A stretch of 12,839 bases of DNA from a candidate division WOR-3 bacterium (lineage in GTDB: Bacteria; Hydrothermota; Tepidihabitantia; SM23-42; JAOAFX01), in the NCBI GenBank assembly GCA_039802265.1, contig JBDRWI010000061.1, positions 501-13,339 of the forward strand, given 5' to 3'. Numbering within the stretch: the first letter of the stretch is position 1; each line of letters starts with the position of its first letter. Shown piece after piece: positions 6,541 to 12,839 of this stretch. The position numbers and the translations under genes were made by a program. The notes beneath the pieces were generated by a model, which saw only the letters and a list, made by a program, of their open reading frames with translations, was not told the DNA's origin and did no database searches.

Positions 6541-8946
6541 CTATTCCTCCCAATTGACCTCAGCGCTTGAAAAATCACAATAATTGTTAGGAATAGAGAC
6601 TTTCACATATCGGAAAGGATAAGGAGGCGTGAACACCGAAGTATGTATAATATCGTCTTTCCCTGTCCTCTCCGGATACTCTTCGGTGCCGATGTGAATC
6701 CAATTTTTATTATCAATACTAATGTAAAAATATGCTTTTCCTCCTGTGCAGTGGCCACCTGGTGTTCCAGTTTGCCAGCATATCCGCAGTTTTGTTTTTG
6801 CTGGCTGTATTTCTTCAAGGTCATGGATTCTCTCGACTGTAAAATTCTTCCGCCCTGATTTGTAAATGTGTTTTTTAGACACGCCTTGCGGTGTTTGTAA
6901 TAATTCCCTAATTTTGAAATCCCTAAATTGCATCTGTGACGCTACATTGGGAGTACCTTTAAAAAACACGCTGACCTTACCGGGGCCTATTTCTTGCTGC
7001 AATTCGAAAGTTCCAACAAAACCGCCGTTTACATAAGCCTCAACGACTCTTCCGTATTGTTTAATAGTTATTTCATTTTCGCCAGCTACTATATTCCCGC
7101 TATATTGCCATCCTGTCCAGTGGTTATCTGTCTCCCAAAAGTAATACTCATTGCCAAGGGGAGTAAAACCAAATGCACCACCCAAGAAAAAAAACTCTAA
7201 TGGATACTGATGATCCCCCGTGAGTCGCTTCATCTTTAAGCTTGCTTCATAGAATCTTACAGTCTTTTGATATTCATATTTACCAAACGAATAGCTGCCA
7301 CCTTTTGCATTGCTTGTGCAAACAAATACCTTATTTTCTCCAGTGCCTCTCATTTCCATGCTTCCTTCTAATATTCTCCACAAGAGCACAATATACAAGT
7401 TAAGAGTGTCCCTCATAGGGATGATTAAAGTGGACTCGTAGGGCAGGTAATTTTCATTTTTCAGTTCAAAAAAGTAAGTCCCGTAAATTACCTCTTTAAT
7501 TAAAGGCGTCTTTCCGATAAAATTTTTATTAAGATAAACATCTGCGCCGGAAGGTTCGGAGTTCACTTTTAGCACACCATAAATAGGAATTAGTTTTGCC
7601 TCAATCTTTGTCTTTTTGCCCAATCCAACTGATGCAGACCCTTCCCATTTTTCATATCCGTCTTTTTCTATTACGATCTTGTGGGTGCCGAAGAATAAAG
7701 ATGGTGTAGCAATTACACCCGGTTTTTCAAACTTTACCACCAATGGCTTACCATCTATGAATACTTTTGCCTCTTCTTCGGGTATAATCTTGATAAGTAT
7801 CTTACCGTGTGATAAATACCAAAGTCCAAAAATTATAATAGCTACAACAACCACACTTATTGCTATTCTCAGCACCTTCTTTTTTGCTTCAACTCTCTGA
7901 CGGTCTTGCACCGATTTTGCATACGACACTTGTTTTTTGTATTCAATATTTTCAGGCTGATATTTAATGGCGTTTTCAAAATATTTAACCGCCGCAGATA
8001 AGTTTCTCTTTTGAAGGGTGTCCGTGCCGAATTTATAGTAGAGTTCACCAAATAATTTTTTGTCTTCGGATGTTAAATCTTTAATGCTTGGCGCTATTTG
8101 CTCAACCACATTTTTTGCGTAATTATAATTCCCTTTATTCATATGAGCAAGTCCAAGATAACAATGGACAAGCGATAATTTAGCAGGAGGCAACTCTCTC
8201 TTTTGAGGAAGACTCTTTAGATATTCAATTGTTTTGTCATAGTCACCCATACTATAATAATACTTTCCTAATTCAAAAAGGGCTTCAGTATCTTCTTTAT
8301 CCACTGCCAAGACCCGGTGCCAACATTTAACAGATCGCTCAATATTGTTTTGTTCGTGATGAATCGTAGCGAGCTCCTTAAAAATTTGTTTATTATTGGG
8401 CATTAATGAACTAAGGATTTCCAGTTCAATCAATACCTTATCTTTTAAGTCTTTCTGCTTGTATAACTCTTTCAAGACTTGATGAACTTCAATATTTTCA
8501 GGTTCAACTTTAATTATCTCTTCTCCTAACTTGATTGCATTATCTATTTTCTTTTGAAAATAATAAGACCTGAAGAGACCGATTGTTGCTTCCCTTGATC
8601 TGGGATTGAGATTCAATGCCATATAATACGAAGACTCCGCTTTGTCTAATTGTTGCAATTTCAGATAAATATCACCGGATTTGAGGTAAGCATCAAAATT
8701 GGAGGCATCTAAACTTATTGCCTTCTGATATTCAATCAGTGCCTCTGGCAAAAGATTATTCTTAAGGTAGGTGTCGCCTAATTCAATATACAACTTTGGA
8801 TTTAATGAATCTTTCTCAATTCGCTTTTTTAGGATGTCTATCTGGGCAATAACCTCGGGTGGAATAAGTTCTATTTTTGCGCCACATTTTGTGCAAAACT
8901 TCTGCCCTTCTTTAAGAGGTGCTCCACATTTCGGACAATTAGCCAT
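6541..8946 (-). CDS. Zinc-ribbon / TPR / single TM / PEGA x2 / ConA-like / discoidin-like protein (801 aa)
   Basis: Start reassigned to ATG 8946 (RBS AGGAGGT). Contains CPKCG...FCTKCG, multiple TPRs, TM IAISVVVVAIIIFGLWYL, and PEGA motifs (LKVNSEPSGADVYLN..FIGKTP). C-terminal FYISIDNKNW...FRYVKV resembles the F5/8 type C domain. Confidence 0.9.
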   Translation of the reverse strand: MANCPKCGAPLKEGQKFCTKCGAKIELIPPEVIAQIDILKKRIEKDSLNPKLYIELGDTYLKNNLLPEALIEYQKAISLDASNFDAYLKSGDIYLKLQQLDKAESSYYMALNLNPRSREATIGLFRSYYFQKKIDNAIKLGEEIIKVEPENIEVHQVLKELYKQKDLKDKVLIELEILSSLMPNNKQIFKELATIHHEQNNIERSVKCWHRVLAVDKEDTEALFELGKYYYSMGDYDKTIEYLKSLPQKRELPPAKLSLVHCYLGLAHMNKGNYNYAKNVVEQIAPSIKDLTSEDKKLFGELYYKFGTDTLQKRNLSAAVKYFENAIKYQPENIEYKKQVSYAKSVQDRQRVEAKKKVLRIAISVVVVAIIIFGLWYLSHGKILIKIIPEEEAKVFIDGKPLVVKFEKPGVIATPSLFFGTHKIVIEKDGYEKWEGSASVGLGKKTKIEAKLIPIYGVLKVNSEPSGADVYLNKNFIGKTPLIKEVIYGTYFFELKNENYLPYESTLIIPMRDTLNLYIVLLWRILEGSMEMRGTGENKVFVCTSNAKGGSYSFGKYEYQKTVRFYEASLKMKRLTGDHQYPLEFFFLGGAFGFTPLGNEYYFWETDNHWTGWQYSGNIVAGENEITIKQYGRVVEAYVNGGFVGTFELQQEIGPGKVSVFFKGTPNVASQMQFRDFKIRELLQTPQGVSKKHIYKSGRKNFTVERIHDLEEIQPAKTKLRICWQTGTPGGHCTGGKAYFYISIDNKNWIHIGTEEYPERTGKDDIIHTSVFTPPYPFRYVKVSIPNNYCDFSSAEVNWEE

Positions 8947-8957
8947 AAGACCTCCTA

Positions 8958-9512
8958 TTAGCTTATTTTCGCGCCGCAATTTGGACAAAAATCGTCTTCG
9001 GCTGTAAGTTTGCTTCCACAACTAGAACAGAATTGGGGCTTACGCTGGATAACTGGCTCTGGTTTTGATTGAACACTACCTAGTCCGAGAGCAAGTAATA
9101 TTCCACCCAAAATAACTAATCCGATTCCGCCATAAAGAACTAAATCGTGTAAAGTAGCATTATATTCATAATCCGGCATAGAAATTGTGCCCAAGATTCC
9201 AGCATCTACTTCTCTAATTACTCTATAAGTAAATGAAACTGTATTCGCTATAATAATCAGAACAATTCCAATAACCATAACAATAATTCCACCCACTAAA
9301 TTACTATTAGTGCTTTTTACTTCGTTTCTCGTATCATAACTTCTTTTAACGGCTGGCGAATTGATATTTTTAGATTCTACTTCTATTTCCACTGCATCTG
9401 ATGGCACAGGCACTTCTGTACCACAGCTAGGGCATCTGGCTACATCCCCTATTTTTAAGAACCATACCACCCTTTCACAACCACAATTTGGACAGTTAAA
9501 CTTAAGAGCCAT
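8958..9512 (-). CDS. Two-TM membrane protein with zinc ribbons at both ends (184 aa)
   Basis: N-terminal CPNCG...CPSCG, two TM helices, C-terminal FCSSCG...FCPNCG. RBS AAGGAG. Confidence 0.9.
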   Translation of the reverse strand: MALKFNCPNCGCERVVWFLKIGDVARCPSCGTEVPVPSDAVEIEVESKNINSPAVKRSYDTRNEVKSTNSNLVGGIIVMVIGIVLIIIANTVSFTYRVIREVDAGILGTISMPDYEYNATLHDLVLYGGIGLVILGGILLALGLGSVQSKPEPVIQRKPQFCSSCGSKLTAEDDFCPNCGAKIS

Positions 9513-9548
9513 ATCAAACTCCTTTTATATTATATTGAGTTAAGTTGT

Positions 9549-9911
9549 TTAAACCTCTCTTCCACAACCCGGACAGAATCTATCCTCAACAGTCAATTTC
9601 TTCCCACAATTAGAACAAAATTTGCTCTTTTCAGAGATAGCAGAGTAAGTTTCTTTCCGTCCACTTTTCAATATCATAACCAATCCAATGATAAATGAAA
9701 GTCCCCCCAATATCATCATCACCGTCGGTCCGGTAGTATCCCTTTTAGGCAGACTCGGCATCTTTTCACCAGTTAAGGCTTCTGTGAAATCTTTGATTAG
9801 TCCAGCAGTTTTTTCTATAGATGATTGTTGCATTCCATTATAACCAACCACCGCTAAACCAATACCAACTCCGATGAGTATTATCCCTACAATTACTAAT
9901 TCGCTTCTCAT
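9549..9911 (-). CDS. Two-TM membrane protein with C-terminal zinc ribbon (120 aa)
   Basis: Start reassigned to ATG 9911 (RBS AGGGAG). C-terminal FCSNCG...FCPGCG. Confidence 0.88.
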   Translation of the reverse strand: MRSELVIVGIILIGVGIGLAVVGYNGMQQSSIEKTAGLIKDFTEALTGEKMPSLPKRDTTGPTVMMILGGLSFIIGLVMILKSGRKETYSAISEKSKFCSNCGKKLTVEDRFCPGCGREV

Positions 9912-9913
9912 TT

Positions 9914-10834
9914 TTAACTCCCTATACGCGCACCACACTGAGGGCAGAATGTAATACCAGATTCAAGTCTTGTCCCACAATTGGGACAATATTGAGGAGA
10001 TGTAAATGGATCCGATTTCGTTGTCTTCCCTCTGGGAGCAACCAATACAAATATCCCACCAAGGAGCCATAGGATAATCAGGATAATTGAAGGTATTTCG
10101 GATTCACTCAAACCGGATTGAGTTAAAGCACTAATTCCAGGAAGAGCCCAGCCAATCAGCATTAAAATTCCACCAACAACCTGATTTGTAATAGCAATTA
10201 TACATCCAATGAAGCCCAGAATTACTAAGCACATAAGTAGATAAACTCGTGGTGGCGGATTTGTCAGACCTCCAAATGTATTAGAAATCTGAACAATGGC
10301 ATATATGGTAAATCCCAAAATACCACCGCTTCCTATAAAACCCATTATTATGCCAATCGTTTTTAATGGGCTAACTCCCGTTGATTCAATCGGCACCTTC
10401 TTCGGCAGCTTCTTTCCAGTAGGCGCAACCAATACAAGTATTCCACCCAGTAACCATAGGATACTCAAAATAAAGGAGATAAAAGATAGCAACCTGGGAA
10501 AAATCTCCGATTCAGTGGCACCCACTTGGGCGAGGAAACCACTGGCAGAAAAAAACCAGCCAATCAACATTAAAATTCCACCGACAATCTTTTTGGCGAT
10601 GGCGATTCTACATCCAATAAGACCTAAAATTGTTAGTCCAATTCCGAAATAAAACCATGTCTTGGAATATGTTTCACCGTAAAATGTATGGGCAGAAATC
10701 TGTGTAACCCTGTAGATAAGATATATAAACACCCCCAAAATCCCACCGCTTCCCACAAATCCTATTATTATGCCAATTCTTTTTAATGGGATAGTTCTGT
10801 TAGCTTCTTTTGATTCCATCGGTTGATTATTCAT
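9914..10834 (-). CDS. Polytopic membrane protein: duplicated 4-TM unit (DUF4064-like) plus C-terminal zinc ribbon (306 aa)
   Basis: Two copies of PLKxIGIIxGFxGSGGILG...VGGILMLIGW...ILWLLGGIxVLVAP, then YCPNCG...FCPQCG. RBS GGGAGG. Confidence 0.9.
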   Translation of the reverse strand: MNNQPMESKEANRTIPLKRIGIIIGFVGSGGILGVFIYLIYRVTQISAHTFYGETYSKTWFYFGIGLTILGLIGCRIAIAKKIVGGILMLIGWFFSASGFLAQVGATESEIFPRLLSFISFILSILWLLGGILVLVAPTGKKLPKKVPIESTGVSPLKTIGIIMGFIGSGGILGFTIYAIVQISNTFGGLTNPPPRVYLLMCLVILGFIGCIIAITNQVVGGILMLIGWALPGISALTQSGLSESEIPSIILIILWLLGGIFVLVAPRGKTTKSDPFTSPQYCPNCGTRLESGITFCPQCGARIGS

Positions 10835-10850
10835 TTTGCCTCCCAGTTAA

Positions 10851-10870
10851 TTTCTGCCGATTAGAACGGC
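10851..10870 (+). repeat. 20-bp direct repeat, copy 2
   Basis: TTTCTGCCGATTAGAACGGC matches 893-912 at 19 of 20 nt and lies 16 nt upstream of ATG 10834. Confidence 0.7.
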
Positions 10871-10878
10871 TAAAGACT

Positions 10879-10906
10879 TTTCTCACTTTCTTGAGAAAGT
10901 GAGAAA
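10879..10906. promoter_or_regulatory. Perfect 13-bp inverted repeat (hairpin or protein-binding site)
   Basis: TTTCTCACTTTCT-TG-AGAAAGTGAGAAA. Confidence 0.5.
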
Positions 10907-10934
10907 TATTCTATTTCTGGGGGCAGGTGAAACC

Positions 10935-10970
10935 CACCCCTCACCCTTGCCCTCTCCCAGAGGGAGAGGG
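10935..10970. repeat. REP-like CCCTCTCCC...GGGAGAGGG repeat
   Basis: CACCCCTCACCCTTGCCCTCTCCCAGAGGGAGAGGG is an inverted copy of 562-598. Confidence 0.8.
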
Positions 10971-10987
10971 TAAGAAAGGGGGATTTA

Positions 10988-11539
10988 TCAGTGCAATAGC
11001 ACCATCTTTTTTGTTTCAGTATAGCCATCGGTCTCCATCCGTAAGAAATAAATGCCCTGGGAAAGTTCTCTTTGATTGTCGTCTTTGCCGTTCCAGCTGA
11101 TTTCATAGTCACCGGCATTTTGCTTCGCACTAACCAAAGTTCTAACACACTGACCAGCGATATTATAAATCTTTAGCGAGAGAGCACAGGATCTGGCAAG
11201 GCCGTATTTGATTTTGGTGAAAGAATGAAAAGGATTTGGAGAACTGGGTGCAAGGAAGAAGGTCGTCACAATTCCTGCACTCTTTGACTCTTGCTCTTCA
11301 ATTCCAGTAGTCCAATACCAACCCCAGTAGACTCCAAAGTAGCCGATGTTCGCAGTGTAAGAAGAATTTGAGATAACACCAATTGTTGATTGGGCAAATG
11401 AAGCCTTGAGATTGTAGTTAGAAGATGTTGCAACTGTGCCTCCATCGTCTAAGACCTTGTTCCAGAGAGAGTAGGTTTGGGCATCTGCAGTAACCATAAA
11501 AGCCATCACAATTAAAGCAGTGCAAATGGTCCTTACCAT
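10988..11539 (-). CDS. Small secreted protein with C-terminal FlgD Ig-like / T9SS type A sorting domain (183 aa)
   Basis: Signal peptide ending ADA-Q. C-terminal PNPF...LKIYNIAGQCVRTL...WNGKD...GIYFLR...KKMVLL is the typical CTD pattern. Confidence 0.9.
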   Translation of the reverse strand: MVRTICTALIVMAFMVTADAQTYSLWNKVLDDGGTVATSSNYNLKASFAQSTIGVISNSSYTANIGYFGVYWGWYWTTGIEEQESKSAGIVTTFFLAPSSPNPFHSFTKIKYGLARSCALSLKIYNIAGQCVRTLVSAKQNAGDYEISWNGKDDNQRELSQGIYFLRMETDGYTETKKMVLLH

Positions 11540-11548
11540 ATTAACCCC

Positions 11549-12839
11549 CTATTTGGTAACAGTAATTACTTCATCAGATTTTTCTAAATTCCTGTGAGAT
11601 GCAGATTGACCTGTTTCAAATTGTTCCAGGCGTGCGTTCTCAAACCCTTTTCGCTTCGCAACGACTCTGTAAGAGAATGCTGCGTTGCTTGTACCATTTT
11701 GTAGCTCAATAACATCAAAGCCTGTTTTACCAACCTTTACATAAACACCATAGCAATCATCTTTCAATTGAACAAAAACCTTCATTGGATGCTCTTCACT
11801 AATAGTTACCGTTTCCAGAAAAAGAGGGTCAATCTCAATATGTGCTTTGCCGTTCATTAGTTGTCCTTCACCAAAATCTTCAAACCAATTTTCAGGACTC
11901 TCTTGAGCATAGAGTAGTCTGTCTCCTTTTGAAGTCGGAACGACGGCACTTTTTGTGCCAGTAGCAGTGAATGTTCCAATCACATAAATTCCACCACCGG
12001 TGTTTGAACCGCCATCAAAATAGCCGGCATAAGCACCGCTACCACGATACCCCCATACACCATAGTTTCTATAACCCAAACCACCCCAAGTAGTATAAGC
12101 ATCATTCCTACCGACAACCGCTGCCCTATTCGAGTTTGAAGTGATTCCTGCAACGCCATCTTCTGCTGAAGAAGTTCCTTTTATACCTGTTCCATAGCTT
12201 CCACCATCACCAAACACAGCAACACATCCAGAACCAATTGATTTACCATATAGTCCGGCACCAGTTGATTTGTTTGACTCACCGTAAACGCCATATTCCC
12301 GATGACCTAATGCACCAGCAGGTTCGCCGGGACCGCCTACGCGGCCAAAAACACCCGCTGCGCCAGCAGCACTTACGTTGGTTAGTCCAACTATTCCATA
12401 TCCATCACCGGAATTCATCGTCAATCCTGTGCCGCTGCCGCTCATACTTGTTCCCCATTGGAGATAGCCCGGTTGGGAACCCGAAGCAGGTTGGATTCCT
12501 ATTGTTACATCGCCCGAAGTACCACCACCAGTCAAGGGGCTTGAGGTGTAGACTGCTGTTATATCGCCAGCCGTAAATCCCAAATCAACTTGCTGTATCG
12601 TTCCGTTTAGAATTTTATCAGTCGTTACTGCATCGGCGGCCAATTTGACGTTTGTTACTGCGCTATTCGCAAGGTCAGCGGTAGCGACCTGACCATCGCC
12701 AATATCTGCCGAGGCAATTGAGCCATCAGCTATTTTGGCAGAATTTACTGCATTGTTGGCAATTGTTGGATTTGGGTAGGTGCCTGTTAAATCGCCGCCG
12801 GCCGGACCACTTGGCGGACCACCAGCACTATCAGGGCCT
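11549..12839 (-). CDS. Fibre-like protein, C-terminal part (5' end outside window): AVTxxKIA repeats, Gly-rich beta-helix-like region, tail-fibre chaperone-like C-terminus
   Basis: The frame stays open upstream of the track's TTG to the window edge (GPAGGDLTGTYPNPTIANNAVNSAKIADGSIASADIGDGQVATADLANSAVTNVKL). Contains GVxG repeats and C-terminal LYAQESPENWFEDFGEGQL...YRVVAKRKG. Confidence 0.85.
   Translation of the reverse strand, partial: GPDSAGGPPSGPAGGDLTGTYPNPTIANNAVNSAKIADGSIASADIGDGQVATADLANSAVTNVKLAADAVTTDKILNGTIQQVDLGFTAGDITAVYTSSPLTGGGTSGDVTIGIQPASGSQPGYLQWGTSMSGSGTGLTMNSGDGYGIVGLTNVSAAGAAGVFGRVGGPGEPAGALGHREYGVYGESNKSTGAGLYGKSIGSGCVAVFGDGGSYGTGIKGTSSAEDGVAGITSNSNRAAVVGRNDAYTTWGGLGYRNYGVWGYRGSGAYAGYFDGGSNTGGGIYVIGTFTATGTKSAVVPTSKGDRLLYAQESPENWFEDFGEGQLMNGKAHIEIDPLFLETVTISEEHPMKVFVQLKDDCYGVYVKVGKTGFDVIELQNGTSNAAFSYRVVAKRKGFENARLEQFETGQSASHRNLEKSDEVITVTK

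Noticed and set aside
8947..9938. Longer starts given by the track (9021 and 9938; likewise 3398)
   Set aside because: The first two overlap upstream genes. In all three cases a downstream ATG (8946, 9911, 3353) has a clear RBS.
10035..10790. DGR template/variable repeat pair
   Set aside because: Both copies are in frame within one gene, the differences are not adenine-restricted and include indels, and there is no reverse transcriptase.
6541..10834. Integron cassette array
   Set aside because: Intergenic gaps of 2-36 nt are too short, no RYYYAAC...GTTRRRY attC structures were seen, and there is no integrase.
10870..11148. 92-aa minus-strand ORF
   Set aside because: It overlaps the T9SS-CTD gene out of frame and reads through the repeat (LWERARVRG).
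1..12839. CRISPR array, tRNA/rRNA, IS element or prophage
   Set aside because: No regularly spaced repeats, RNA-gene signatures, transposase or phage structural cluster were seen. The fibre-like gene sits with a secretion-tagged partner.

Overview
All credible genes in this window lie on the minus strand and encode cell-envelope proteins. The gene style (T9SS/FlgD-type C-terminal domains, many lipoproteins, CCCTCTCCC-type palindromic repeats) suggests a diderm bacterium of the FCB group or candidate phylum WOR-3; this is inference only. In transcription order: (1) a partial fibre-like Gly-rich protein and a small T9SS/FlgD-CTD protein (12839-10988); (2) an AT-rich run of four zinc-ribbon membrane proteins ending in a large Zn-ribbon/TPR/TM/PEGA/lectin-like protein (10834-6541); (3) a lipoprotein, then two paralogous CsgG-like lipoproteins, the second fused to a likely beta-barrel (6368-3623); (4) a two-TM Pro-rich protein and a TPR lipoprotein (3353-1085); (5) the start of a secreted protein missed by the ORF track (536 to <1). 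The most notable non-coding observations are a 19/20-nt direct repeat (893-912 and 10851-10870) bracketing blocks 2-4, and a 20/21-nt palindrome-plus-RBS motif shared by two genes. There are also several short RBS+ATG gene stubs, including a broken zinc-ribbon gene, and a branched structured element at 3471-3575. I found no rRNA, tRNA, CRISPR array, integrase, transposase or reverse transcriptase. Domain calls come from motif recognition by eye, not from database searches.
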